DNA of 64,000 nucleotides from Psilocybe cubensis (Eukaryota): NCBI GenBank assembly GCA_017499595.2, contig CM038998.1, positions 558,001 to 622,000 of the forward strand, read 5' to 3'. Shown piece by piece: positions 49,425 to 64,000 of this stretch (position 1 is its first letter; each line of letters starts with the position of its first letter). The notes under the pieces were generated by a model. It saw only the letters and a program-made list of their open reading frames with translations, ran no database searches and was not told where the DNA came from. The position numbers and the translations under genes were made by a program.

Positions 49425-49812
49425 CAGGAGGGCAGTGAAAGCAGCAAGGCCTAATTTTCGATTTTTGGTGTTCTGAACTGCGTTTCTCGGAGAATTGATA
49501 ATAGTCGTCCGATTGGGACGTAATTTCTGTTATTTTGGTGTGAGAGGTCATTTGTCGTGAGGTGATTGTAGGCGCTGAAGCAAAGCGACATGGGAGTTGA
49601 AAGTTGGATGTCACGTTTGACGAAGATATTCAAGCACAAGTCCGGAGCCATTAAACAACGATGACATTCCATTCGTCAGACAGATTACACAGGGTATTCA
49701 ACTGGCATTCATCAATATTTTTGGGTTGGTAGCCGGGAGCACTAAATGACGCGTTAGAGTAGGTCAATGAGATGAAAAATAGTGTATTGACATTGTTAGT
49801 CGTACCTGATGA

Positions 49813-51747
49813 TCATACGCTATCCCACCCTGTCTCAATGCCTTCTTTTACTTTCCAACTTAAGCTTTCAGGTCCTCCTAACCACCTCCGCACACGCGCT
49901 TCGTCGTCTAGTTCTGCTCCTTCTTCCAGCACTCCCACGTCGCCCGGCCCACTGAGTGCCAAAACTGCCCATCCGATGACCATCATCCCCGGAGGCCGTT
50001 GTTCGCCGTTGCTATCAAGCGCCCGCACAATATCCTTCAAAGTCGAAGAGATAACCCTCTGATCAGGCATCGAAGCACGTTCAATGATTGCGATAGGTAA
50101 GTGAGGAGGATATGCAGGCCCGTCACGACGATTTTCCGCGTCCGTTGTATCGACGAGGGTGTTGACGACCTGCTGCAGGCGCGCTACGCCCATAAGGACA
50201 ACAAGCGTCCGACCGCGTTCGTACCCAGGCAGCTGGACTTCTTTGCCCTTTCTACCAACACCAGTGCATACAATAAATGACTCTGCGACACCACGCTGCG
50301 TCACCGGTATCCCAGCAAATGTCGGTGCAGCCAGTGCGGAGCTCACACCAGGTACAACAAGCGGTTCGAATCCATGAGAACGGAAGTAAAGCACCTCTTC
50401 GCCCGCGCGTCCATACACCACCGGGTCGCCTTGCTTAAGCTATGTGTTTAAAATAATCCATGAGACATTTGAGCAAGAAAAAAGGTAAATGAAGAATAGA
50501 GTTGTACGTACGCGGACTACAGTTAACCCTCGTTTTGCTGCCTCAACGGCCGCCTCCATCATCTCTATTTGTGCACCTTCGGCGTTTCCTGGAAATTTTC
50601 TCGCAATGCGGACCTCGACATGTTTCGGTATTAAGGACAAAACGGCATCCGGTACAAGCTTATCAGAAAGTACGAGATCAGCCAACTGCGTGAGAGCAGT
50701 ATGGGTGGCGATGGTGAGGAGAGAAGGATGTCCAGGTCCGGAGCCAACCAATAATATGCGCCCATGTTTTGGGAAAGATTTGAAATGTAGCGAAGGCATC
50801 TGGGCTTGAGGGGCGCCGAGAATGTTAGCAGCGCCACTCAGCGACATGGTGTTTTGGTTCGCCGTAAGAACATCTTTCATATCCACTTCCGACATTGATG
50901 CGAGCTTGGAGATTGGCCAATACTCGCTGACCTGTGCCACCCATTTGATTCTTCTTCTCCTAGTTTCTGCAGCGTTCTCTGTGTTGTTTCGCGAAGGCAC
51001 AGGTCGATTGGGAGTCAGAACACCGCCATCTTCTGCCAGTTCTTCTTCGTCAATGTCTTCGTCGACAGGGATAGATATGTCTTCATTGGGCGGAAGTGGT
51101 GCATCGCCTTTCGCCATCGCCCGCATCTGACCGACTTGCTCGACAGCGGCCCCAACCTCGCGCGGAAGTTTTGCCACAATTTCTCGTCGGAGGCGAGCAG
51201 CGAGCCGGCACCCCTGACCGTTGGTTGTTACGCCAATTTGCAGCGACGTTTTCTGCCCTGTTTCATAATGCTCGAATCGATGTGTGGAGGTGAATGAAAA
51301 GTCGCAAAGGTCTATCATGTCTGTAGTGTTGACAGGTATATTGCGGGCCTTAAATACACGGTAAATCGTCTGGGCAGAAGCATGATTGCGGGTGTGGTTC
51401 GTGGATAAAGTGTCTGTGACGATGGCGAGAGCTACATTGGGAATCGTCTCCAGAAATGCATCAAGAATGTCTCCGTAATTGCTGGCTTCCGATGAACTTG
51501 AACTTGGCAGGTCATCCCAATCAACGATTCGAAGCTGCTTTTGTTGAGCCCTCCACTTTAGCTCCTCGCAGGCGGAGTTGACTCCACCTCTGGCCAAAAT
51601 AATGACAGAGGAATCTGCCTCTAGAGCGGCGAATGCTCTCGTGGCAGCAAGGCTGCCCGAACCCAGTATTACAACTGTTTTGTTTGGCAGTCTAAACGAT
51701 AGAATGAGAGCTGCCCCTCTTTTGGGTGTGGGGTAAGATGGTTGCAT
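49813..51747 (-). CDS. MET1: Uroporphyrinogen-III C-methyltransferase / siroheme synthase
   Basis: N-terminal NAD-binding CysG/Met8-like region, QIGVTTNGQGCRLA; LVGSGPGHPSLLT, RLKQGDPVVYGRAGEE, VVPGVSSA, LVVLMGV. Confidence 0.93.
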
Positions 51748-51966
51748 GGTTATGGCGGTCGAGATGAAAGCCTGAGATGCTGCTGAGGATCCTTTTTTCG
51801 CGCCATAATGTTGCTTGTGCGAACTTGAAAAAACCTTTCGTGCTGATGAGCAATTGCCGCTGTCTAGCATGGCACACGTGACTGAGTATACGTATTTGGT
51901 AACTATTCCTATATTTGGACTTCAGTCTCCAGCCTTGCTGGACCTTTTGCTGACCCGGAGCCGCAA

Positions 51967-52623
51967 ATGCTGGTCGACCACGATACAGTACGTTCAGTCT
52001 TTGGAGATGCTTTAACAGGCTGAAAATCTCAATGTATAGTTTCTCAAAAATCTTACTGCTCTCTTTGAAGCAAAGAAAGAGCATGGGTCGATTTGGCTAA
52101 CCCATAAACGATGTACGCACCCATTATTTCCGGGAGTCTCATTCATAGTGGCCTGACTTTCCTATAGTAATCCATGATGGAGAGGATACTGCTATGAAGC
52201 ATGAGGATGGGGATTCGGACACTCGAGAATACCCATGCCTCGTCCGGGTCAGCGATGGCAAGTCTACCAAGTTTTCCACCAAAGTAAGTCAGTTTCGGAC
52301 ATTTGAACTCACATTAGTCTGATCTGTGGCTCTAGGTAGAACCCGGAGAACTGTTCAAGTTCCAAGCATACTATGGAAATCTGCTAAAGTCATCTATGAG
52401 TACCCTTCGTAAGCGCGACAAGAAAAGGGAGAAGCTCCGCTCAGAAGAGGCTGCGAAACGCAAGAAGGCGATGACAGAGCCCATAGTTCTGGATGGTCCC
52501 AAGAGAGGGAAAGGGAGGAGAACGCACCAACGGAAGGTCAGAGCTCTCTTGAAGCAGCAGGAATCGCAGCGAAAGCACCAGGAAAGAGAAGAGGAGGCCA
52601 AGAAAAAGGTGCAATTGGCGTAG
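51967..52623 (+). CDS. SRP14: Signal recognition particle 14 kDa subunit
   Basis: Spliced MLVDHDT-FLKNLTALFE..GSIWLTHKR..EYPCLVRVSDGKSTKFSTKV..KFQAYYGNLLKSSMSTLRKRDKKRE. Confidence 0.88.
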
Positions 52624-54415
52624 GGTATGCGGACTCCATTTGGCACCTTGATTCATTCGCTCATCGCCTGTGTTCTTTACTCAGATTTACTTTGAGTAGA
52701 CGTTTTTTGCGTGTAATCTACACTGAGTATGGAATCGATTTTGCCGATGAAACTGTACATCAGGATCGAAACAACTTTTCGTTGTATATCTCATCTGAAG
52801 CGATGCATCACATTCATATCCAAATATCAATGCATCCCCTTTTCTCATGGCATATAACCGCTATTGGATCTATCCTAGAGTCCCAAAAAGTGTGTATCGA
52901 TTGAAAAATACTGCCAGTACTGGAAATGCTACTGATTTTTTGAGCCGCTACACGAATTATAGATAATCCAATGTGCCAATGTCAAATTGGGGTTACACAT
53001 CACTAATGCTCGACTGTAGCAAGCGATTTGTATGAGCTTACTGAGATGCTATAGGTCCGAACAGGGAGGATCAGGTTTGTGTGTTTGAGGGACGGGAATA
53101 TCTTACTTGATTGGAACGTGTGGAGGTGAGTTCATTCTCCCAACGATAATTCGTCCAAGTCTTTCTCAGTGGCACCCTCATCCATCTTTGTTCCTGTGGC
53201 CATGGTCAGCCTTTACTTATTGGTACTGTCAATCGCTCGGATTCGCTCCACGAAAGCAACGAGTGCGCAATATAGATCGATCGCAAGACAAGATGATACC
53301 GTTATGGGTATTCAAATTCAACAGTCACAGTCTTTCTGGGCTATTTCTTATTCTTCATCTAGTGTCGGGTGTGGTGGGCCATATGAAGTTGATGCTATTC
53401 TGCACTACGCCCTGCAAAGCGATACTAAACTCAACGAAACATCTATATTCTAGTGGCAATCGGGTAAGACTAAACGAGGCAAGGGCAGGATGCCAAATTG
53501 TGTCCACTCAGCTATTAAGTACGGACCGCTTGCAAGGGGCCCTTAAGTCAAAATCAAGTTTTCAGCCTACTTGAAGCGTGTGATCACTTGTTAGACCCTC
53601 AACCTAACATTCGCAACTTGCTCAAGCTAACGTCGCTCTCATTGCTGATTCTCTCCTAAACCATGGTCGCGGTCACGTGGGAGCAATATTGGACGCGTAT
53701 CGAACGCGTAGAGTAAGGCCGCTTGAATTCAAGAAATTGAACTAAAAAGACACAACGCGAGGTTTATGACAGTGTGTCTATGTGATTTAAGAAAATATAG
53801 TTATTATAATAGCAAAGCTACCCACTGGAGGTCAGATTCGGATAAGGTTGGGCTATTGTTCTGAACTGCCAATGCCCTTGGAAAGATTGCGGAAAGGGGA
53901 AATACTACTAAGCAAACTTAAATGAGCTGAATTCCTCTGCAGAACATAGTGCCCCTACTGTCAGCCGACCACCGTCGGAAAATCTTCTTGCATTGTAAAC
54001 TTCATGGGACGTTCAAGTTGTATCTTGGCAATTGAGTCCGATTGTATGTTCTCGTGAGCGTGGAAATATATTAATTGGTTACGAACGATTTTCAACGGAA
54101 TGACTATTAGTATATATCCCCCGTAGCAGACGATCATGCCATAGAGATACCATGTCGCTTTTTAGGTTAAATAATTTGTTGCGATTTATGTGAAATTTAT
54201 TTTCGTCTACCTTCTAAATATAGTAGTTTATTCAATATCCTTCACGTATTTGGCCAAAACGTAAATAAGTTTTCCATATTTGGCCATGAATTATTTAACA
54301 CTGCATGTGGTGATTTTGATACTGCCGCACCAGTCACTCCTATCGACCGAAATCCACCTCCTGTTCAAGAAATACCGCTCTCTTTGTTAAATCTACTACC
54401 CAAATCCACGCCGCC

Positions 54416-57400
54416 ATGAGCCTGGCACCAGTGCCAGACGAAGCGTATGCTCAAATCGCAAATGAGACCAGAGGTCACTATCTCGTTGGGATGGACCCAC
54501 TCGAATTCTTAGACAACTTTCTTCCCTGGAACGAGAACACACCAACACATTATCAACAACAAGTTGTAAGCGAAACTAGAGAAAACAACCTCAAATCTGT
54601 ACCGCCAGTCAAGGGCGCAAGGCATCCAGAACGTTCTATGTATAAGCACTATGTAAGACCTTTGTCTGATAACGAAGGCTATACTAAAACTTATTTGCCA
54701 GGTCGACGCTTTGGATGACTGGGTCAATGGAATTGACAACAGTCAGAAATTGCGGTTTGCGCACTTCAAAAAGCCCGATGTTGATTGCGCGTCATTGAAT
54801 GTGGGCGTGTCTACGTATTGGCAGTCCGATTTTCCATCTGTACCTTCGAAGGGTTCATGCGCATTTTCTCTTCAACAAACACACGAGGAATTTAGAGTAG
54901 ATCACACGTACGACGCATTTTCTCATGTTAACGACGAAAAACCGAACACCGAGAACCCCAACGAGAACGCTACTGGTGACCAAGATCCTTCCAACTCTGC
55001 TAGTGCTGAAGACGCCTCCCAAAAGAGTGCCAAGGAGGCAAACAAGCCCGCTAGTTCTCTCGACGTTGTCGATAAAATTGCAGGAGATGCTGAAACCTTC
55101 AACGAAGATCTCGGTGATGTTTCTGAAGAGAGTGCTGAACACGCGCCGCCAAAGGATTCTCATCACGACCACGTTAACAATGAACTACTAAAGAACAAAT
55201 ACCCGTTCATGGACGTTATTGGTTATTGGGATTCTTCCATTTCTACTAGCAGTGCTAATAGCACCGGAAATGGGGCCGGGAATGCAGACAAGCCTGCTAA
55301 CTCTCTCAGCGTTGTCAACAAAAAAGGTGATTCTGAAAGCTCTGAAGAGGGTGCTAAACACGCCCCGTCAAAGGATTCTCAGCACGAGTTGAAAGAGGAT
55401 GCCAAACAGCCTACTGTGGTCGAAACCGCGGACACCTCCAAGCAATCTGCGAGTTCTCGCGCTCTGGTCTCCGAAGTTGAGAAAGACACACAGCGTGCGA
55501 TCCGTACGCGTGGTCAAATTGCCGCCTATGCTGGTGTAGCGATGTCTATGTCGTTCAGGTCCCATTTCTTTTCCTTGTTGATTCTGGGGGAATTCGCGCG
55601 GTTCATACGATGGGACCGTCGAGGCGCCGTCGTTAGCACCCGATTCAACTACGTCAAACGACCTAGTTTGATCTTTGGGTTCTACCTTCGCTTTGGACAA
55701 CTGTCACTCCGCCAACGGGGATTCGATACCAATGCCGTTCGGGTTCCGAGCCAAACGCTTCCTGAGGATGTGGCGAGTGCTTTTGATAATTATTACGAGC
55801 GGTCCTGGCATGAAGGTGCGAAATTCAGTCATCACAAGGACAATTTGGACGGCAGGCCTCGAAGACGGGCGAAAGAGTCAAAATTTCATCGCGTCACTGT
55901 CAATGATTCTACTATAAATCAAACCGAATCATTTTTTGTCCCAGCACCTGTATACAGGCCTAGTGTCATCAACCCTTTCACCCGCGGCTCTAGACGATCA
56001 CTGGCCTATTTAGATCATCCAGACAAGACAGAGAGAAAAATGTGCTTCATGAAGGATTCGTGGCAGGAGGATTCGGCGCGGACAGCGCCTGAAGCTGATA
56101 TATATCGCAGACTTCACGAACACGGAGTTCCGAATATTGCGTCCATGCGCCTTGGCGACGACGTTGCTGATATGCAGACTGAGACGCAGGAATGGTGGGG
56201 CAGTCTCAACCATAGTGGACGATTCAAGCGTTTTGGATTTGGATATATGGTTTGCCATCGTCTTGTGCTCAATACCGTTGCTCGAGATTTGTCGACGTTC
56301 ACTTGGTGCAAGGTTCTCCTTTCATGTCTTGCGGATGTTGTTGATGGTATGTTCTTTTCTGGTTAACCTTGTAGATTTGTACTTACTGTTACGCTCCAGC
56401 CGCTCAAGCAGCCTTCAAGGCAGGCATTTTACACAGAGACATTAGCGCGAGTAATATTATGATCGTGATGGATAAGGAGACAAAGGAATGGAGAGGAGTT
56501 CTCATTGACTGGGATATGTGTTTGCTTCTTGAGAAGCGTGAAAAGCATTTGCAAAAAACAGTTAGTATTTGTTGCATTTATTCGTTCTAGATCATAATGA
56601 CGACATGAATAGGGTACTTGGGGTTTTATTTCTGCGAGGATTTTGCAGGCGCGTTCCTCTGAGCCCGTCACGCACTCCCTCGGGGATGATATGGAGTCCA
56701 TCTTTTGGGTTCTCGTATACCAAGTCCTCCGGTATACTCGTCATAGAGATAGCCCTTGCCAACTATACCACAAGATGGATAGGCTCTTTAACGATTCAGT
56801 CACAACCGAAAACAACGAGGTTATCGGAGGGTCTGTAAAACGTGTCACCATTTTGGACTGTTCCGTCGGAAACGTCGACAAAGCCTTGGGCAATTTCCAG
56901 GTGACTGACCTGGTTGATGTCTTCACCGTTATCTGTGAACAGTTTCAATCCCGTTACCCCCATGGCCCCAGAAAAGGCAGAATGCGTGAATTCTTGAAAA
57001 TTCAGCCCACCGCTGCTACTATTCCAACTGTTCAAGTTGATTGGGATAGCCCAGACGAGAAGTGGTTTTCGACTCTTCTACGACGGGCAGCTGAATTAAT
57101 GCAGCCACTTGGTGTAACCCCTACCGCATTAGAGTCACCAAGCAATGATTCCAAGCCACCAATCGACCCCACGTTATGGAAACGAGCTAAGATCAGTCGT
57201 TATCCGCCCGATTATTTTGAAATGCCATGGTGGAAAGACAAAACCAAGTCCACGACAGCCAACGAAAACAGCTATAGTAAGATTGTTACTAGCTCTCAAA
57301 TGAACCACATAGATGGACTCTCCGCCAGTTTGCGCAAGCGCCCTCTCGAAGTTAACAACGATGACGGACGTCTGACAGACGGTGACGCGATAGACAGAGC

Positions 57401-57422
57401 CAAAAGACAGCGGCAGCGGTGA
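54416..57422 (+). CDS. Fungal-type protein kinase (FunK1 / Pkinase_fungal family); start approximate
   Basis: RGQIAAYA, ARFIRWDRRGAVVS, MKDSWQE, GILHRDISASNIMI, GVLIDWD, GTWGFIS, HSLGDDMESIFWVL across GT-AG introns. Confidence 0.9.
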
Positions 57423-58699
57423 TGTTTTTGTATTATTTATCTCCTTTGTCACTTTTTCGTTGCACAATTGTGTCTTGCTCGCGACTTTACTGTATATGTT
57501 CTGGCAATTCATTTGAATAAATTTGCATTTCAACTCATTACTGGTGTTTTCCTTACCCGAGTATCGCACATTTCTAAACCAAATGTAAACCTTGGTGACT
57601 GGCTTGATTATGAATAGGCAAAGTTGCATTTAACATTATTTGATACCTACCTATGACACTTGTACCCACGATTCCCGAATAAACTGGGGTGGCTGTCCTT
57701 GAGTGACTACTGGTATTAGCTTTTCATGCGATACTTTGAAGACGTCTTTAGCTCGACTTTGATTATTACAACGTCTTATCTAACGTCTAAACTCCCAAGG
57801 GCGCTTCCCCCTGGGTCCCTGGGGCCTGGGTGATATGTGTCGCGACTCGCGAGTGGCACCACATTACTTGGACTAATCCTCGACTTTGGAACTCGTTTAC
57901 TATTTGGATATATAGAAAAACAAACCAGGCACAAATTCAGCTCGCAATTGATTGGATTGGACCTCGTCTGTGAATTTACCCTGACCCTTACGAAAGTCCA
58001 AACACATTGACATCTACGACCACCATTATTACTATTTCTTGCAATGTTGTCTACCATAATCTGAGCGTAATATAGGCAGGTAGAGACCAGGAAGGGTGCA
58101 CACAGGCTATACAAAAAAGAATTAAGGAAGAAAAAATACTAGAATATGCATGAAGAGATACGAAGACGACAATTAAGTATGAACGATGGATGATAATAAA
58201 ATTTTGATTGTTTTCCAGAAAAAAAAAAGACCGACAATATTGTTGAACCTTGAAAGCGAGCATACTATGTATTAATTTACTAGAAGAAGAAAGAGGATAG
58301 AAAAGTGAGTGACGAGGAGCAACTTCTAAGATTTCGACGAAAGCAAATGTGCAAGTTTTGACATGTATAAAAGAGAGAGAAAAGGGGTGGGCGGGGAGAA
58401 GGATAAATCGTTTTTGTAAGCAATCATAGTAAAACTCTAGAGGAAGACAGCGCCATACAGAGAGGGTTAACTGTAAAAAAGGGAACATAGGTATAGATAG
58501 AAGGCGGGAAGGGTGAAAAGGCAAAAAAGATGCAAATAGGGAATGTGGAAAGCCATTGCAAAAACGATAGTTTGGCATATAAGAGAAATGCAAGGGGTGG
58601 AAAAGATATCAATCCATAGCAGTGAGTTCTTGATGATAAAAGAAATGATGATGATGATTAGATTCAAAGACGAAACGCAGTAAAAAAAATGAAAACCAA

Positions 58700-61600
58700 T
58701 CACGACGTCGATGTCTGACGCGGCGACGAGAACAACGAAAACACCTTTTCCGCACCATTCTTGTACTTTTTCAACTTTTGCTTCTTCACCTTTGGTTCCG
58801 CGCCATTCGGTGACATCTTGGTGTCCGCGCCGTCAATAAACACAGCCGACTGCCCGTTCCCAGACTGCTCCGACGACTGGCTCATCGCGCCCACCGACAT
58901 CGCCGACTCCTTGGACTTTAACGAGTGCGGCAACGTACTCGCCCCACCAGACACCGACGGCGTGAACATCCCACTGCTTCCTCCCAAACCAGGGGAGGAC
59001 ATCGACCCCGCCGACAACGTGTTCGAATTCGACGCCGAGCCCAACGCAGACTGCGACACCGACCGTGCCGACTTGGCACTGAACGACGAAGGCGGTGGGG
59101 CCGCAGGCGACTTGGGCCTCAAGAACTGCCTTGGATGCTTCCTGAAATTCAAACCCGGCGCACGCCCTCGACGCTGCTGTACAGGCGACGGCGACTCATC
59201 CACCGTCGTCGCCGTGCTCGCTGCCGACATCCCCGACGCCGTCCGCTGCTGCTTCCCGCGTCTTGAACCCCCCGTTCCACCTCCCGCACCACCATTGCTA
59301 CCCATACCGGGCGTCGACGCCTTGCGGAACACCGCGAGCCTGTACCGGTCCACGACACCACGCGCAAAGAGACTCGTACCCTTGGCACCGTTACGGTCCT
59401 CGCCATCGGCAGCCTCGATAAAGTCCCAGTCATCGTCCTCCTCATCGCGCTCCGCTTCAGTGGCCTCCGTGTCCTCGTCGACACCGTCGGACAGGTACCG
59501 GTCGAGAGCAGGAACGCCAGACTTTTCCCGGCGCGTGCGCGTCGCGCCGCTTCCACGCGAGGCCACGACAGGCTGCACATGTTTTGGCGGGGGTGTGCTT
59601 GGCCGCGGGTGCGCATGCGCTTCCCTTTCGACCTTGCTTGCGACGTTCGCGTACGCAGAGGGCGCGGTGGACGGCACGTCCCTGCTCGTCCGTCTCGACG
59701 GAACCGTTGTCTCTTCCACGGAATGGCGCGGTGCTGGCGCCTGTGGCTCCTTTGTAGCTGGCTCCTGCGCGAGCTCGCTGACGTGCATTTGGGGCGTACT
59801 CGACTGCTCTGGTTCGGTGCTGGTCGCAACAGGAGGCAACGCAGCGGGCCTCGCCTCTGGCGTCTTGGGCTCGAGCCCATCCTCTTGTTCCATCGCCGTA
59901 TCCTCTTCCTCGACCTGCTGCTGCTGTTGTAGCTGTCCAAGTCCAAGCCGGTCCGTCTCGCCCTCCAACACACTCCCCTCCAACCCCTCATCCTCCTCGT
60001 ACTCCTCCGACACCTCTTCTGAGCCTTCCTCAGAACCCTCCTCATCCTCATCCTCCTCATCATCATCAATCAACACCGAATGCCTACCCTTGAACGAGTA
60101 CCCATCAAACACATCATCATCATACTCGACCTTCGGACTCTGCTGCACCGGCACCGGCTGACTCAGTCCCTGGCCCTGCTGCAGCTGACTCTGACTTTGA
60201 CCCATACGTATAGACGAGCTGCGCGACTGCGACGGCGTCGTGTTCGTCTCGTACCCTTCGCCGTCCGTACGGTCCGCGTCCGTCTGCGGCTCCTGGTCAG
60301 TATCCTGCTCCTGCTCGAGATCTTCCTCTGTGAACTCGTCCAGCACGGGCTCCATGTCCAGGAAGGTATCGTCAAAGTTCTGCGTGTCGCTTGCGTTTGA
60401 GGGGTCGATGGGCGGGATATAGGGGGCTGTGGGGCATGGGATTAAAGACGATAGATTGTCAGTGGACGGGTTCGGGTGGGTGGGAGGTGGGAGGGGACAC
60501 TTACGTATATATCGTTTGTAGTATACATGAGTCCAGTCACTATATAAAAAAAGTTTAACATTCCACCTCGATCAACAAAGAAAAAAAGGAAAACAAAACA
60601 CACATCATCGAGAAATACGGATGTTTCTTGATCCTAGGCTCACATATCCTCAACGAAGGTATCCTTTGAAGTAGCTACACAACAACAACAAAAAAGATAC
60701 CCAGTTCAGTGTTTCCGTATATCAAGAAAACAAGAGGGAGAGGAAAACGCACCCCACGTATCAAACTCTTCGTATCCTGATCAATCGCCCTATCATCCGG
60801 GAACTGCAGCTCGTCATGCAACACCCTAACATACATATCCGAGTGATTATTCGCCCAGAACGGCGTCTACCAGCAAACACAAAAAAGAAAAAAAGCCATC
60901 AGACATCGTTTCCTTAATCTATCTACATTCTCAGAAAAAAAAGACCACTCACAATCCCAGTCAACATCTCATAAAGCATCGTCCCAAAACTCCACCAATC
61001 CACTTCATAACTATAACTCAACCCCTGAATAACCTCCGGCGCCAAATACTCCGCCGTACCACAAAACGTCGACGTCGAGTCCTGATGTCCCACAGGCTGC
61101 GCAGGCCACCCAAACGCCATCTCTCCATTCCTATCAGGCTTCATCCACGGGGGTGTCGCAGGTGGCATCCCACCACTCCCATTCGGCGTGCCAGGCATCG
61201 AAAAAAAGTCACCGCCGTGTGGCGAGGTCCGCCTGTGCCTTGAGAATTCTTTCGAGAGTCCAAAGTCTGTCAGGACGATGTGCCCGTCTGCGCCGATGAG
61301 GATGTTTTCGGGTTTGAGATCGCGATAGATGACGCCTGCTGCGTGCAGGCCTTCGACGCCCTCGACAATTTCAGCGGCGTAGAACCGGGCGCGGTCGCGG
61401 CCGAGTCGCCCCCACCGCGCGAGCTGCGTCGCAAGGTCGCCTCCAGGGTGGAAATCCTATTGGAAAAAAAAAGACAGTCAACGTCAACAAAAACACGCGT
61501 ATATCCACCATAAACAGAGAAAAAAACAAAAGACGCACCATAACCAAAAACAAATTCTCCTTATCATGGAAACTCCACCAAAGCTTAACCACAAACGGAT

Positions 61601-63836
61601 CCCTGCCCTCCGCCGCCATACGCTTCAACACCGCCTGCTCCGTAAGCGTATGCTGCAGCTCCTGGTGCGCAAGCACATGACGCTTCGTGATCGCCTTGAG
61701 CGCGAACAGCTCCCCCGTCGTCTTATGCCTCACAAGCAACACTTTACCCGCGCATCCTTTGCCCAACACACGCATCAGTGCGAAATCGTCAATGACGACT
61801 TTGCGCTGCGATTTGCGCGGTTCCTTGGAGGCGGATGAGGTGGTGGTAACAGCGTTGGCGTTTTCTTTGTCGGCGATGCCCTTGTCTGTTGAGCGGGAGA
61901 GTTCAGTGGGTGTACCCCTCCCCGACCGATCCCCGCGCTTCTTCCTCCTTCGCCTCCGCGCGCTCTTCCCGCCTTGCGCAGCAGCCGACGACGAAGACAC
62001 ATCGTCCCCTTCGTCCTCCTCGCCCGTCTGCGATGCAGACTCCGCGCCGCTCTGCGACGGCACGGACGACGCGTACACGCGCGAGAGCCGGTGCGATTTG
62101 TCGGGGTCAGCGGACTGCGAGCGGTGTACGCGGTTCGCTGTGGCAGCGGTAGCAGCAGCAGCAGTAGAAGTAGAAGTGGCATTCGCATTCGCATTCGTGG
62201 TGGTGGTGGTAGAATCGTTGGGATTAGCAGAGCTAGCAGCGTGTTCGTTGGCCATGGGCGTAGCAGTAGCTGGTGTCGGAGGCACACCACCGTCCGCGTC
62301 TAAAGTACCAGGAGCAGAGACAGACACTTCCTGCGCCCCGTCCTGATCCTGATCCCGAGCCCGAGCCTGAGCCTGAGCCTCTTCGTCAGCACGTATAGGA
62401 GACCCATCCGCATCATCACCCCCCGGTCCATTCTGTGATACCACAAGATCCAGATCAGGCTGCACACCTGTCGCTGTCGACGGAGATGTTGTAGGAGCGG
62501 CAGTGGTCGTAACGGCACTGTCGTCCGTAGCGTTATTTAACTTTGTCGGATGCTGCTGCTGCTGCTGATGCTGATGTTGCGAGTTATCATTCTCCACGTC
62601 CATTTCCTCTTCTTCGATGATACCGCCGGCCACACGACCATGATCGCCCTCGCCCTCGCCTTCGGGGTGATCAAGCTCCATGAGCTGATCAATATCCTTC
62701 TCCGCAAAAAATGCCGACTCGACCTCCCTCGTCCTGCCTTTTTCCCTCGCATGTACATTCACATTCACATTCACATTCTCCTTATTCTTCTTCTCCTTCT
62801 CCTTCTCCTTCTCCTTATCCTTAGAACCATGCCCATGTCCATGTCCATGTCCATGTCCATGCGCCGCCAAATCCGACCTAACACGCTTAATCGCCCTCTC
62901 CACTCTCACACTCTCCAAATCATCCGTGCGGACCCTCACAAACCTCTTCCACACCCGATCCATCCTCAACACATGCGTGTTCGAGATCGTCGTCAAATAC
63001 GCAGCGATCGCAGTCGACGACGGCGTGGCGTTCGTGTGCGCGTGGTGGCCTGTAGTAGTATGCGACTCGGACGTCTCATTGTCCTCTTTCGAGACGACAC
63101 CATCCTTATCAAGCGCATCAGAGGACGACACAGTCGACGCTAGATTCGTCGTGGACGGCGCAGCAGACGACCCATTCACATCCCCTCCAATACTCCCACT
63201 AACACTCCCACTAAGCGTCATCGCACCAAACGAGCCAAACGGATCGGGGCCCTCCTTCGCAGGCGTCATCACAAGCGGCGTATTGCCCCCCTTCTTCCCC
63301 ATCCCCATCCCAATCCCCATACTCATCCCCTTCCCACCCCCAGGCGACGCCAACCGCGAAAGCGTGTTCAAAAACGTCGACTTTCGTTTCTTCTCCTTCC
63401 CCTTCTTCTGCTGCGCGGGGGGCAGACCGGCGGGGTCGATGGGCAACGATGGAATTTTGAGGCCCGGGTGCGCACTGCGCAGTTTCACGTCGAGCTCGAT
63501 GAGCTCCGCGGCGGTGCGTGTGAGCGTCAGGTTGTGTGTGGGTGCTGGTGTGTGCAGCGTCGTCGCGGGTGTTATCACGGGTGATGGTGGTCGGTGCATG
63601 GGTGTAGACGGGCGCGAGTAGGTGCGCGGCGGCCGTGGTGGTGGTGATGGCAGAGATAGCAAGATCGGCGCGGGTGGTGGTTGTGTTGGTGGTGGTGGTG
63701 AGAGACGACGAGCGGGTGTTGGATTCGACGATGTCGGCAGCGTGGATAGCGACACGGACGATGATGCGGATGATGACGACGACGATGACGTCGGTGTGGG
63801 CGGGACAAAGTGGATGGTAAAAGTAGACGGAGACAT
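58700..63836 (-). CDS. AGC-family Ser/Thr kinase with an N-terminal PX-like region (SGK/Akt-like), multi-exon
   Basis: DDFALMRVLGKGCAGKV, IYRDLKPENILI, LTDFGLSK, TFCGTAEYLAPE, DWWSFG, C-terminal DTQNFDDTF; long low-complexity inserts. Confidence 0.92.
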
Positions 63837-64000
63837 CGTACAGTGGGAAAAACCAAAAGCGCCACGATGAGATGATGGGAGTGTAAAAGACAGAAAGAGG
63901 ACAAGGCAGGATTGAAAAAGCAACAAGCAAGTCAGCAAGCGTGTTCAATCCAGAGAGAAAACAACGGAGAAGTTAGGAAAAGTATGAATGAATGAGAGTT

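Noticed and set aside
49813-52623. MET1 methyltransferase or SRP14 as cluster tailoring genes
   Set aside because: Ordinary housekeeping genes; more likely mark the cluster border
53107-53574. ORFs between SRP14 and the FunK1 kinase
   Set aside because: Non-ATG starts and no recognisable domain or splice support
58761-63948. Long antisense and alternate-frame ORFs and hexamer microsatellites over the AGC kinase
   Set aside because: By-products of GC-rich low-complexity coding sequence (poly-GH, KE, NV tracts)

Overview
Intron-rich fungal DNA, most consistent with an agaricomycete (mushroom-forming basidiomycete). The flanks carry ordinary genes: a Zip2/SHOC1-like XPF-domain protein, a flavin monooxygenase, a secreted Ser/Thr-rich protein, MET1-type siroheme synthase, SRP14, a FunK1 fungal protein kinase and a PX-AGC kinase. 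The centre (about 22.8-49.4 kb) looks like an undescribed ribosomal-peptide (dikaritin-like RiPP) locus. Two divergently transcribed spliced genes, mis-called by the ORF track, encode secreted precursors built from 13-aa repeats (E-x-E-x-x-R/ADTAWLR x3; ANTIFLR, ADTAFLR, MDTAFLR, VDTVFLR). Two DUF3328/UstYa oxidase genes bracket the locus. Between them lie a GNAT acetyltransferase, a But2-like membrane protein and three paralogous 7-TM proteins, two of them from a recent ~1.7 kb duplication. The cores have no Tyr and no KR sites, unlike characterised ascomycete dikaritins. Just downstream of precursor 2 is a stack of insertions: a poly(A) retroposon with a 13-bp TSD, and a TATGG...CCATA TIR element with a 6-bp TSD (IS3EU-like) that contains a very young full-length Copia element with one in-frame UAG. 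All gene models were spliced by eye and all family calls come from motif recognition, not database searches.
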